From Candidatus Eiseniibacteriota bacterium (GTDB lineage: Bacteria > Eisenbacteria > RBG-16-71-46 > SZUA-252), in the NCBI GenBank assembly GCA_036380835.1, contig DASVDZ010000004.1:7482-71481 (forward strand): 64,000 bases of DNA, in the 5' to 3' direction. The translations under genes were made by a program, and so were the position numbers. The notes beneath the pieces are model-generated. The model was given only the letters and a program-made list of their open reading frames with translations, was not told the origin of the DNA and did not search any database. Positions within the stretch are counted from its first letter, which is position 1. Each line of letters opens with the position of its first letter. Below, piece by piece: positions 22,826-31,426 of the stretch.

Positions 22826-24009
22826 CGCTCCCCGGCCGGTGCGGCGTCGACCCGAACCTCCGCGCCGCCGCCGCCGAGCGTGTCGGCCGACGGGGGCCGG
22901 ATTCCGAGCGCCACGACCGGGGCCAGCGTGGTCACGAGCGCGTAGATCACGAGGCCGCCGAAGAGACGCGGCGGGAGGTCGTAGCGGTCGCGGGCGATCT
23001 CCGCGAGCACGAGGCAGAAGACCAGCGTCGGCGTCATCGACAGCGCGATCCGAAGCCCGTGGCGGAACGGCTCTCCGAGCGCGATGCGCCGGTGGAGCGT
23101 GACGGTCGCGAGGCGCACCGGGACCGCGACCAGGACGAAGATCGCTCCCACGGCCAGCGCGCGCAGGGTCAGGTCGTGCGTGCGCAGGTGGAGCCCCGCC
23201 GAGAAGAAGTAGAACGGGATGAAGAACGACGCGAAGACCTCGACCGCGTGGAACATCCGGTCGCTTCCGACCGCCGGGTACTGATCGCGGAACCGTCCGG
23301 CGGCCCACCCCACGACGAACGCCCCGACCAGATAGTAGACGCCCAGCGCGCGCGTCGCGTACCCGCACAGGATCGCCATCATGACGAGGAAGGCGAACTC
23401 GGAGCCGGGCGCGGCCGGCGCCACGCCCGCGGCGAAGACGCGAAAGGCGATCGGCAGGATGAAGATCAGCGCCGCCAGGGCCGCGGTCGCGAGGCCGAAC
23501 CGGAGCGGGGACGTGGACTGCGTCACTCCGAAGAGGATCAGGAGCGCCAGGAGCTCCGTCGCGATCGCCTTGGCCTTCACCCACGCGGCCTCGGACTCGG
23601 TCATCCCCGTCGATCGAAGCGTGCTCAGGATGAACCCCGTGGACGGGGTCAGGAGCGCGAGCGAGACGAGGCACGCGGGACGCCAACCGATCTGCGCGAC
23701 CGACATCGCGGCCCACGTGCCGGCCGCGACGAGAACGCTCCGGATCGCGAGATGCTGCAGGAGGACGAAGCGGTCGCGCGCGAGCGCGCGCACGTCCACG
23801 TCGAGCCCCGCCAACAGGAAGAGCGCGATGATCCCGAACGAGGAGAGGAGCGCGATCGTCGTGTCGCCGTGGAAGAGGCCCAGGCCGACCCCCGCCGCCG
23901 CTCCGAGGCCGAGCTCGGTGATGGCGGTCGGGATGCGGAAGCGGAGGATGACCTTGGGGACGACGAAGAGGGCGAAGACGAGGAGGACGTACGTGAGCTC
24001 TCCGCTCAC
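22822..24009 (-). CDS. Cation:proton antiporter (CPA1/CPA2 Na+/H+ exchanger family) membrane protein
   Basis: 395 aa, about 11-12 TM helices, Na_H exchanger-like pattern (LLSSFGIIALFLLAGLDVDVRAL ... VFASFFIPFYFFSAGLHL). Lies 3 nt downstream of crp/fnr on the same strand. Confidence 0.8.
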   Translation of the reverse strand: MSGELTYVLLVFALFVVPKVILRFRIPTAITELGLGAAAGVGLGLFHGDTTIALLSSFGIIALFLLAGLDVDVRALARDRFVLLQHLAIRSVLVAAGTWAAMSVAQIGWRPACLVSLALLTPSTGFILSTLRSTGMTESEAAWVKAKAIATELLALLILFGVTQSTSPLRFGLATAALAALIFILPIAFRVFAAGVAPAAPGSEFAFLVMMAILCGYATRALGVYYLVGAFVVGWAAGRFRDQYPAVGSDRMFHAVEVFASFFIPFYFFSAGLHLRTHDLTLRALAVGAIFVLVAVPVRLATVTLHRRIALGEPFRHGLRIALSMTPTLVFCLVLAEIARDRYDLPPRLFGGLVIYALVTTLAPVVALGIRPPSADTLGGGGAEVRVDAAPAGER

Positions 24010-24012
24010 GAG

Positions 24013-24726
24013 CTACCCGCGCCCCTCGGCGATCTCGCGCAGCCGGTCGAGGGACGGCACCAGGAAGCGGTCGCGTCCGGTGATCACGAGGCGTTCGCGT
24101 CCCCACCGGGAGAGGACCCGGATGGCGGTCTCGACCGTCGTTCCGACGAGGTCGGCGACCTCCTGGCGCGAAAGCTGGATCGGAATCTCGGTTCCGCCCT
24201 TCGCCTCGCGCCCCATGCGTTCGACGAGCGTGAGGAAGAGCTGGGCGATGCGCACGTCGACCTTCTGGCCCCGCATCTCCTGGAGCTTGCGGGTCAGCGA
24301 GACGGTGAGCTTGGTCAGCTCGCGGATGATCGCGCGGGCGAACTCGGGATTGCGGTCGAGCAGTTCGAAGTAGTCGCGCCGCGGAACCCAAAGGAGCGTG
24401 ACGGCCTCCAGGCAGATGGCGCTGGCCGGGTAGGGCATGTAGTTGTAGACGGCGATCGCGCCGACCGGCTCGCCTTCCTCGAACAGCTCGAGGATCACGT
24501 CCCCCGCGTCCCCGTGGGAGACGATCTTCACCCGCCCCTTGACGATCAGGGTGAGCGACTCGGCGGGGTCGCCGGCGCGCCAGAGGTAGTCGCCGCGCGC
24601 GTACTCGCGGATCGCCGCGAGCGCGGCGAGGCGCCGCTGGTCTTCCGGCGAGAGCCCTCGGAAGAGCGGGATCGCGCGCACCGCCCCGAGCACTCGATCG
24701 TCCCGAAGCTCCGCCGTCATGGGCAC
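24013..24726 (-). CDS. Crp/Fnr-family transcriptional regulator (cNMP-binding domain + C-terminal HTH); candidate NnrR/Dnr-like regulator of the adjacent nos cluster
   Basis: 237 aa. cNMP-binding beta-roll (YLWRAGDPAESLTLIVKGRVKIV ... GEPVGAIAV) and HTH (LSRQEVADLVGTTVETAIRVLSRW). No N-terminal Cys cluster, so not an FNR-type Fe-S sensor. Confidence 0.9.
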   Translation of the reverse strand: MPMTAELRDDRVLGAVRAIPLFRGLSPEDQRRLAALAAIREYARGDYLWRAGDPAESLTLIVKGRVKIVSHGDAGDVILELFEEGEPVGAIAVYNYMPYPASAICLEAVTLLWVPRRDYFELLDRNPEFARAIIRELTKLTVSLTRKLQEMRGQKVDVRIAQLFLTLVERMGREAKGGTEIPIQLSRQEVADLVGTTVETAIRVLSRWGRERLVITGRDRFLVPSLDRLREIAEGRG

Positions 24727-24743
24727 CGCCCCTCCGCGGCCGT

Positions 24744-24757
24744 ATGACGGCCGTCAT
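24744..24757. promoter_or_regulatory. Perfect 14-bp palindrome ATGACGGCCGTCAT (FNR/Dnr-type TGAC-N4-GTCA box)
   Basis: It is its own reverse complement. It lies 18-31 nt upstream of the crp/fnr ATG (24726), in the divergent intergenic region shared with the hemerythrin-cytc-nosZ operon. Confidence 0.6.
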
Positions 24758-24839
24758 GGTCCTTTGGTCTACCTCTCCCTATCTCCGTTCACTTCTATCA
24801 CTTTCAGCGGGATCGCGGCAGCCGAAATGTGATCGCGGC

Positions 24840-24853
24840 GTGACGCCGGTCAT
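24840..24853. promoter_or_regulatory. Second FNR/Dnr-type box GTGACGCCGGTCAT (TGAC-N4-GTCA half-sites)
   Basis: Palindromic half-sites TGAC/GTCA with a 4-nt spacer, about 84-97 nt upstream of the hemerythrin-like ATG (24937). This spacing suits a class-II activator site for the nos operon promoter. Confidence 0.55.
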
Positions 24854-24936
24854 GCCGCCGGGATCCGATTCCGCCGAAACTCCTTCGTGACGGCAATGCA
24901 GACGGGAGTTCATGAACCACACGGAGGACGAACGAG

Positions 24937-25467
24937 ATGGACGCCGACAGCCTGATCGAGAGGATCAAGAGCGATCACCGGCGCGTGCTTGCCGAGGTCT
25001 CGAGGCTGGAGTCGCTCCTCGCCCGCGGCGGGGCCACGCGCCCGGCGCCTCAGGCGAAGCTCGACGCGCTCGTCCGGATGCTCGAGCGCGAGTTCGGAAC
25101 CCACATGGCGGCCGAGGACGAGGCGCTCTACCCGGCGGTCGTCGCGGTGGTTCCCGCGGCCAAGGGAAGCGTCGAGCCGCTCCACGATGAGCACGCCGAG
25201 CTTCGCGCGATGCTCGAGCGGCTCCGCGAGACGATGGGCGAGCCGGGAGGCGCCGAGCGCGACGAACAGGTCACCGTCCAGGTGGCCGACCTGGCGGCGC
25301 TCCTCCGGATCCACATCCGAAAGGAGGAGTCGCTCGTCCTGAGCGTCGCGGCGCGGCTCCTCAGACCTCAAGACATCGACGCGATCGTGAAGCGAATGCA
25401 CCCGGAGCGCTCCGGCGAGGGCGCCCGGCCCACCACCACGGCACCCACGAAAGGGGACGCACGATGA
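24937..25467 (+). CDS. Hemerythrin-like (HHE cation-binding) domain protein, first gene of the nos operon
   Basis: 176 aa. Repeated His/Glu motifs characteristic of hemerythrin-like di-iron domains (SDHRRVLAEV, THMAAEDEALYP, LHDEHAEL, IHIRKEE). RBS GGAGGA before the ATG. The stop overlaps the cytochrome c ATG (ATGA). Confidence 0.75.
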   Translation: MDADSLIERIKSDHRRVLAEVSRLESLLARGGATRPAPQAKLDALVRMLEREFGTHMAAEDEALYPAVVAVVPAAKGSVEPLHDEHAELRAMLERLRETMGEPGGAERDEQVTVQVADLAALLRIHIRKEESLVLSVAARLLRPQDIDAIVKRMHPERSGEGARPTTTAPTKGDAR

Positions 25468-25937
25468 AGCGCATGTTGATCCGGGCCGCGATCCTGATCC
25501 TGGCGGCGGCGGCCTGGGGATGCGGAGGCGGCAAGTCGACGGACACGAAGGGGGCCGCCGGCGGCGCCGCCGTCTCTCCCTACGACAACGGGCCGCGCGC
25601 GGCCGATTCCCCGGTCGCGGTGGCGCTCGCCGAGAAGGGAGCGGGCCTTTTCAAGGCCAAGGGCTGCACCGCGTGCCACGCGTACGGCAAGCGCCTGACC
25701 GGTCCCGACCTGAAGGGCGTGACGCACCGGCGGACGGCCGACTGGATGGAACATCAGATCCTGCACCCGGAGATCATGACCAAGGAGGATCCCATCTCGC
25801 GTCAGCTCCTCGCCACGTACGCCGTGCAGATGTCGAACCAGGGACTCACGCCCGACGAGGCCAAGTCGGTCATCGAATACCTGAAGAAGCTGGACGAGGA
25901 GACGGACGAAAAGGAAGGGACGCAGGCCCAGAAGTGA
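25464..25937 (+). CDS. Monoheme c-type cytochrome, secreted (NosC-like candidate electron donor to NosZ)
   Basis: 157 aa, signal peptide, single CxxCH (KGCTACHAY). Lies immediately upstream of nosZ; a diverged paralog sits at 34028..34576. Confidence 0.85.
   Translation: MKRMLIRAAILILAAAAWGCGGGKSTDTKGAAGGAAVSPYDNGPRAADSPVAVALAEKGAGLFKAKGCTACHAYGKRLTGPDLKGVTHRRTADWMEHQILHPEIMTKEDPISRQLLATYAVQMSNQGLTPDEAKSVIEYLKKLDEETDEKEGTQAQK
25870..25898 (+). repeat. 29-nt exact repeat (copy 1) within the paralogous cytochrome c genes flanking the nos cluster
   Basis: gtcatcgaatacctgaagaagctggacga is identical at 25870..25898 and 34436..34464. The surrounding ~300 nt are diverged paralogous sequence (direct repeats about 8.5 kb apart). 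Confidence 0.8.
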
Positions 25938-25966
25938 GCCCCGCCCATACCAGAGGAGGAACAGTC

Positions 25967-27862
25967 ATGAAGCGTTGGATCGGTCTCAGCCTCGCGTTCG
26001 CGGTCGCGCTCGTCGCCGCGGCGCTCGTGGGAGGGTGCGGCGGCGGTCGCGGGTCGAACGCGGCGCTCAAGACGTACGTGAAGCCCGGAGAGCACGACAC
26101 GCACTACGCGTTCCTCTCCGGGGGCCACTCCGGGCAGGTGTTCGTGTACGGCCTTCCGTCCTGCCGCTACATCACCACGATCCCCGTGTTCACCCCGGAG
26201 CCCGCCAAGGGCTACGGCATCGACGAGGAGTCGAAGGCGATGCTCAAGGGCTTCACCTGGGGCGACGCGCACCACCCGGGCCTCTCCGAGACGAACGGCG
26301 ACTACGACGGACGCTGGCTCTTCATCAACGACATGCCGAACGCGCGAATCGCGCGGATCGACCTGAGCGACTTCACGACCCGCGAGATCTTCGGGCCGAT
26401 CCCGAACGTCTCCGCGGCGCACGCGTGCCCCTTCCCGACCCCGAACACCGAATACGTCTTCGCCGCGTCGCGATTCTCGATCCCTCTCCCCTTCCCCAGC
26501 GTGGCCAAGGTCGAGGACTACCAGACCAAGTTCAAGGGGATCGTGGCCGGCGTGAAGGTGAGCCCGGAAGGCCACATGTCGCTCGGATTCGAGATCCTGA
26601 CGCCGCCGTTCGACTGGGACCTCTCCGACGCCGGCAAGGGACCGAGCGAGGGGTGGCAATTCTTCACCTGCTACAACAGCGAAGAGGCCCACGACTCGCT
26701 GGAGATCAAGGCCTCCCAGAACGAGATGGACTACTTCCTCGCGGTGAACTGGCGTGAGGCGCAGAAGGCGAGCGACGCGGGCAAGGGTCACATGCTCGGG
26801 GGCGTGCCGGTCCTGACGCCGTCGGAGAACAAGGGAATCTGCTACCTGGTCCCGGTTCCGAAGAGCCCGCACGGCGTCGACGTCACGCCGAGCGGCGAGT
26901 TCATCTGCTGCTCCGGTAAGCTCCAGGCCGAAGTGACCGTCTACAACTTCAAGAAGATGATGGACGCCATCCAGGCCGGGAAGTTCGAGAAGGAGGTCGA
27001 GGGAATCCCGGTGATCGCCTTCCAGGACGTGATGGAGGCAAGGGTTCCGGTCGGTCTCGGCCCGCTCCACACGCAGTTCGACAACAAGGGCTACGCCTAC
27101 ACGTCCCTCTTCCTCGACTCGCAGATCGCGAAATGGAAGGTCGGTCCGCCGTGGAACGTGGTGGACAAGATCGACGTCTACTACTCGATCGGCCACCTCG
27201 CCGCTTCGGGGGGCGACACGCGCCACCCGACGGGCGAATACCTGCTCGCGCTCGACAAGCTCTCGAAGGACCGCTACCTGCCGGTCGGACCGTCCCACCC
27301 CGAGGCGACGCAGCTGATCGACATCCGGGGCTCGAAGATGGAGCTCCTCTACGACTTCCCGACGTATCCCGAGCCGCACTACGCGCAGATCATCGAGGCG
27401 AGCAAGCTCAAGCCGCTCAAGATCTACTCGCTCGCCGACAACAAGAACCCCGACGCGGTCAAGTCGGCCGACCAGACGCGCGTGGAGCGCCACGGCCGGC
27501 GGGTCGACGCCTACATGCTGACGATCCGCACGCACTTCACGCCCGACATCATCCGCGTGGCGCAGGGCGACACGATCTACTTCCACGTCACCAACCTGGA
27601 GCAGGACGAGGACATCACGCACGGCTTCGGGATCACCTTCTCGAGCAAGGACATGCAGGTCGAGCCCGGCGAGACGAAGACGATGCGGTGGGTGGCCGAG
27701 CGGGCCGGCATCCAGCCCTTCTACTGCTCCAATTTCTGCAGCGCGCTTCACCAGGAGATGCAGGGATACATCGAGGTGAATCCGCCGGGGACGAAGCTGG
27801 CCCAGGTGGCCCGGCCGAGTCCCGAGGAGATCGCGGAAGTCACCGCGCTCCTTCGGCGGTGA
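25967..27862 (+). CDS. nosZ: Nitrous-oxide reductase NosZ, clade II (Sec/lipoprotein-type signal)
   Basis: 631 aa. RBS GAGGAGGA. Signal MKRWIGLSLAFAVALVAAALVGGC without a twin-arginine motif. CuZ-site region (WGDAHHPGLSETNGDYDGRWLFINDMPNARIARIDL) and C-terminal CuA cupredoxin motif (HGFGI ... FYCSNFCSALHQEMQG). Confidence 0.97.
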   Translation: MKRWIGLSLAFAVALVAAALVGGCGGGRGSNAALKTYVKPGEHDTHYAFLSGGHSGQVFVYGLPSCRYITTIPVFTPEPAKGYGIDEESKAMLKGFTWGDAHHPGLSETNGDYDGRWLFINDMPNARIARIDLSDFTTREIFGPIPNVSAAHACPFPTPNTEYVFAASRFSIPLPFPSVAKVEDYQTKFKGIVAGVKVSPEGHMSLGFEILTPPFDWDLSDAGKGPSEGWQFFTCYNSEEAHDSLEIKASQNEMDYFLAVNWREAQKASDAGKGHMLGGVPVLTPSENKGICYLVPVPKSPHGVDVTPSGEFICCSGKLQAEVTVYNFKKMMDAIQAGKFEKEVEGIPVIAFQDVMEARVPVGLGPLHTQFDNKGYAYTSLFLDSQIAKWKVGPPWNVVDKIDVYYSIGHLAASGGDTRHPTGEYLLALDKLSKDRYLPVGPSHPEATQLIDIRGSKMELLYDFPTYPEPHYAQIIEASKLKPLKIYSLADNKNPDAVKSADQTRVERHGRRVDAYMLTIRTHFTPDIIRVAQGDTIYFHVTNLEQDEDITHGFGITFSSKDMQVEPGETKTMRWVAERAGIQPFYCSNFCSALHQEMQGYIEVNPPGTKLAQVARPSPEEIAEVTALLRR

Positions 27863-27874
27863 TCGCAGGGCGGC

Positions 27875-27898
27875 GGGGCCGGGCCCGTGTCCGGCCCC
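27875..27898 (+). terminator. GC-rich stem-loop immediately after nosZ (possible attenuator/partial terminator)
   Basis: GGGGCCGG-gcccgtgt-CCGGCCCC, 8-bp perfect stem, 12 nt after the nosZ stop, followed by a C/T-rich tract (ccgtcccttccccc). There is no classic U-tract. Confidence 0.35.
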
Positions 27899-27926
27899 CC
27901 GTCCCTTCCCCCACGGGAGGTTTGGA

Positions 27927-28544
27927 ATGGTCACGTACCTGAACGGCGCGTTCGCGACGAAAGAGCGGAGGCTCGTTCTCCTGGCCGCGCTGGTGCTGCT
28001 CCCGGTCTTCTTCCTCCCCGTGCTCCACGTCTGGGAGATGCGACTCTGGGCGCCGCAGTACCCCGAGGGCCTCCGGCTCACGATCTACTCGAACACCATC
28101 CGGGGCGACCTCGACAAGATCAACCTGCTGAACCACTACGTCGGGATGCATCCGATCACGCCGGCCGACTTCGCGGAGTTCCATTACCTGCCGCAGCTCC
28201 TGACCGGATTCGGCGTCCTGGCCCTCCTCGCGGCGCTCCTCAACCGGCGGTGGATCGCGGTCCTCGGGTGGCTCCTCTTCACCGGATTCGCGGTCTACAT
28301 GTTCCGGGACTACGCCCTGTGGCTCTGGCGCTACGGGCACGACCTCGATCCCCGCGCGGCGCTCAAGCTCCCCACCTTCTCGCCCCCCCTGATCGGGTTC
28401 GCGCGCATGGCGAACTTCCGGGTCCTGAGCCTCCCCGGTCCGGGCACGCTCCTCCTCGGCGTCGCCTGGCTCCTCGGTCCGATCGCGCTCTGGCTCGAAC
28501 GGCGCCACGGGAAGCGCGCTCCCGCGGCGGCCGACCGCCCTTGA
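27927..28544 (+). CDS. nosB: NosB-like integral membrane protein (clade-II nos cluster-specific)
   Basis: 205 aa, about 4-6 TM helices. Its position directly after nosZ and before nosD is diagnostic of clade-II clusters. Confidence 0.75.
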   Translation: MVTYLNGAFATKERRLVLLAALVLLPVFFLPVLHVWEMRLWAPQYPEGLRLTIYSNTIRGDLDKINLLNHYVGMHPITPADFAEFHYLPQLLTGFGVLALLAALLNRRWIAVLGWLLFTGFAVYMFRDYALWLWRYGHDLDPRAALKLPTFSPPLIGFARMANFRVLSLPGPGTLLLGVAWLLGPIALWLERRHGKRAPAAADRP

Positions 28545-29986
28545 TGATGTCCGAGCGGCGCGGCCGTCCGTTCCTGGCCGGGCTCCTCCTCGCCGCGGCG
28601 CTCGCCGCCGGCGGCGCCGGCTCGGCCAGCGCCGCGCGACGGGAGATCCCGGCTCGCGGAGACGCCGCCGAGACCGCGATCCTCGAAGCGGCCGACGGCG
28701 ACACCCTCCTGCTCGGCGCCGGCGTCCACCGCGGCCCGCTGATCCTCTCGCGCCGTCTCCTCCTCCGGGGAGCTCCGGGCGCGGTGCTCGACGGCGGCGG
28801 CGCCGGGACCGTGCTCACGGTGGCGGCCGCTGGCGCCGCGGTCGAATCGCTGACCATCCGGGGGAGCGGGAACGGCGCGCTGACGCTCGACGCGGGGGTC
28901 CACGTCGTCTCCGCCCGGGGCGTCCGGCTCCGCGGCCTTCGCGTGGTCGACGTCCTCTACGGGATCGCCGGGGAGCGCGCCGACTCGCTCGTGATCGAAG
29001 GCTGCGACCTGACCGGCCGCGTCCATCCCTCCGTCGACGTGACCCCCGAGATGAACGAAGCCGCGGGCAACGGCGTCCACCTCTGGTACTGTCGGGACGT
29101 CGCCGTCCGGCGCGTCGCGGAACGGCGCTTCATGGACGGAGTCTATCTCTCGTTCGTCGACCGGATCGTGGTCGAGGACGGACGCTTCTCGCGGAACGGC
29201 CGCTACGGGCTCCACACGATGTACTGTCAGGACAATCGCCTCGCCCGGAACCGCTTCCAGTTCAACCTCGCGGGCTGCGCGATCATGTTCTCGAACCATC
29301 TCGAGCTCTCCCGGAACGACTTCGTGCACAACCGCGGACCGCGCACGTACGGCGTCCTCCTCCGGGATTGCTCCGACGGCCACTTCCTCGAGAACCGCAT
29401 GGTCGACAACACCGTCGCCGTCTTCATGGACAACTCGAACCGGAACGTGATCCGGCGGAATCTCGTGCAGGACAACGGCTGGGGCGTGATCCTCTTCTCC
29501 TCCTGCGCCGGAAACGAATTCGCGGAGAACGACTTCGTCAACGACGACTACCCCGTGGCCCTCGACATGCGCTACTCGGACAACCGGTTCGACGACGGGC
29601 GTCGCGGCAACTACTGGAGCGGGAACGCCCCCTACGACCTGGACGGCGACGGCGCGAGCGACGTACCGTACTCGCCCGTGAGCGCCTTCGCGTTCCTCTC
29701 GAAGCGGTATCCCGACCTCGCGATCCTCGCCCAGAGCCCCGCCGCGAACGCCCTCACGATGGCGGAGCGGACCATCCCCGCGCTTCGGCCGAGCCAGATC
29801 GTCGACCGGTTCCCGCTCGTCGCGCCCGCCCCCGTCGGCGCGGGCGCCGGTGGCTCGCGAGGAACGCGCGCCGCCGGGGACGAGGCGCCGGGGGCTCGGC
29901 GCGGTTCGTTCCCCACCGCGGCCGCCTTCCTCCTCCTGGCCGCCGCGGGACTCAGGGGCGTCGCCTCGCGAGGGGGCCCGCGGTGA
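28544..29986 (+). CDS. nosD: NosD, periplasmic right-handed beta-helix (CASH-domain) copper-processing protein
   Basis: Start ATG 28544 overlaps the nosB stop (TGATG). Signal peptide, parallel beta-helix repeats (NRFQFNLAGCAIMFSNHLELSRNDFVHN ... NRNVIRRNLVQDNGWGVILFSS ... NEFAENDFVNDDYPVALD). The track ORF start at 27887 is rejected. Confidence 0.9.
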   Translation: MMSERRGRPFLAGLLLAAALAAGGAGSASAARREIPARGDAAETAILEAADGDTLLLGAGVHRGPLILSRRLLLRGAPGAVLDGGGAGTVLTVAAAGAAVESLTIRGSGNGALTLDAGVHVVSARGVRLRGLRVVDVLYGIAGERADSLVIEGCDLTGRVHPSVDVTPEMNEAAGNGVHLWYCRDVAVRRVAERRFMDGVYLSFVDRIVVEDGRFSRNGRYGLHTMYCQDNRLARNRFQFNLAGCAIMFSNHLELSRNDFVHNRGPRTYGVLLRDCSDGHFLENRMVDNTVAVFMDNSNRNVIRRNLVQDNGWGVILFSSCAGNEFAENDFVNDDYPVALDMRYSDNRFDDGRRGNYWSGNAPYDLDGDGASDVPYSPVSAFAFLSKRYPDLAILAQSPAANALTMAERTIPALRPSQIVDRFPLVAPAPVGAGAGGSRGTRAAGDEAPGARRGSFPTAAAFLLLAAAGLRGVASRGGPR

Positions 29987-30948
29987 TCCGGGTCGAAGGG
30001 CTCGTGAAGCGCTTCGGCGGGGTCACCGCCGTGGACGGACTCACCTTCGAGGTCGAGCGGGGCGAGACGTTCGCCGTGATCGGTCCGAACGGCGCCGGGA
30101 AGACGACCACGCTCAAGCTCATCCTCGGGCTCGCGCGCCCGGACGCGGGCTCGATCGCGATCGGCCCGCGCTCGCTTTCGCCCCTGGGTCCGGAGGCACG
30201 CCGCGATCTCGGCTACGTGCCGCAGAAGGTCGAGTTCCCGCCGGGGCGAACCGCGGCGCAGGTGCTCTCCTTCTTCGCCTCGCTCCGGGCCCTTTCCGAG
30301 CCGGCGGTCGAGCGCGCGCTCGGGCGGGTCGGCATGGCCGATCTGGCGAACCGCCGCGCGAGCGAGCTGTCGGGCGGATACGCGCAGCGGCTCTCCTTGG
30401 CCCAGGCGCTGCTCGCCGACCCGGCGCTCCTCGTGCTCGACGAGCCGACGGCGAGCCTCGACCCGGAAGCCACGTGGGAATTCAGGACCCTGGTCGAGCA
30501 GCTTCGCCGCGAGGGAAAGACGATCCTCCTCTGCTCGCACCTCCTGAGCGAGGTGGAGCGCGTGGCCGACCGGGTGCTCATCCTGAACGAGGGGCGGCGC
30601 GCGGCGCTCGAGTCGCTCTCCAGCCTGAGAGAGCGCCAGGCGTCGAGCACGCGGCTCGCGATCGAGACGCGGGGCGAGGCGGCGTCCGCGGCCGCGGCGC
30701 TCGCCCGCCGGGGCATCGCCTCGGCGCCGATCGACGCGACCCGCCTCACGGTGGACGGAAGCGACGGCCGCGGCGTCGCGGCGCTCGAGGCGCTCCGCGA
30801 GGACGCCGTGGCCGTCCGCTCGTTCGAGCTGGTCCGCCCGTCGCTCGAGGAGATCTTCCTCGCCGTGATCCGCCGCGAGCGCGGCGTCGCGGCGCGGGCG
30901 GCCGCGGGCTCTGCCCCGGACGCCGGGGGAAACGGCGATGGGCGCTGA
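29983..30948 (+). CDS. nosF: NosF, ABC transporter ATP-binding protein
   Basis: GTG start at 29983 overlapping the nosD stop (GTGA). Walker A GPNGAGKTT, signature LSGGYAQRLSLAQAL, Walker B LLVLDEPTASLD. Confidence 0.9.
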   Translation: MIRVEGLVKRFGGVTAVDGLTFEVERGETFAVIGPNGAGKTTTLKLILGLARPDAGSIAIGPRSLSPLGPEARRDLGYVPQKVEFPPGRTAAQVLSFFASLRALSEPAVERALGRVGMADLANRRASELSGGYAQRLSLAQALLADPALLVLDEPTASLDPEATWEFRTLVEQLRREGKTILLCSHLLSEVERVADRVLILNEGRRAALESLSSLRERQASSTRLAIETRGEAASAAAALARRGIASAPIDATRLTVDGSDGRGVAALEALREDAVAVRSFELVRPSLEEIFLAVIRRERGVAARAAAGSAPDAGGNGDGR

Positions 30949-31426
30949 CCGCCGCGGCCCGTCCGCGCTTCGGACCGCGGCCCGCGCCGCCGCCCGCGCC
31001 GCGGCGGTCCTCGTCCCGCTCGCGCTCGCGGGCTCGTTGCCCGGCTGTGTTCGCGCGCCGGAGAGCGGCGCGCCCCGCGTCGCCCTCGGAACGCCGTGCG
31101 CGACCTGCGGCATGGAGGTGCGCGACCTCCGATACGCCTGCGCCTCGCGCCGCGGCGGGACCGTGCGCGTCTACGATTCCATCGAGTGCGCCCTGAGGGG
31201 GGGCGCGGAATCGGCCGCCGCCGTCTACGTCGCCGATTTCGACACCGGAGGGCTCCACGCGGCCGACTCCCTCTGGGTCGTCCGCGCCGACCTTCCGACG
31301 CCGATGGGAGGCGGGTACGTCGCGTTCCTCGATCGCCGGCCCGCCGACCGCGTCGCCGCCGCCCGCGCCGGACGCGTCGGGCGGCTTCGCGACTTCCTCG
31401 CCGAAACGCCGGACGCGCGGCGATGA
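30938..31426 (+). CDS. nosL: NosL, copper-binding lipoprotein (Cu chaperone for NosZ maturation)
   Basis: 162 aa. Lipobox-like LAGSLPGC. NosL Cu-binding motif GTPCATCGMEV (CxxCGM) and the conserved PMGGGYVAF segment. Overlaps the nosF end by 11 nt. Confidence 0.8.
   Translation: MGADRRGPSALRTAARAAARAAAVLVPLALAGSLPGCVRAPESGAPRVALGTPCATCGMEVRDLRYACASRRGGTVRVYDSIECALRGGAESAAAVYVADFDTGGLHAADSLWVVRADLPTPMGGGYVAFLDRRPADRVAAARAGRVGRLRDFLAETPDARR

Noticed and set aside
25802-28081. 759-aa minus ORF antisense to nosZ
   Set aside because: nosZ on the plus strand is unambiguous (CuA motif, CuZ His ligands).
31096-31422. Longer 247-aa version of the small nos ORF (track 31096..31839)
   Set aside because: The upstream part overlaps nosL in another frame and is Arg-rich. 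ATG 31423 overlaps the nosL stop, consistent with the coupling pattern of the rest of the operon.
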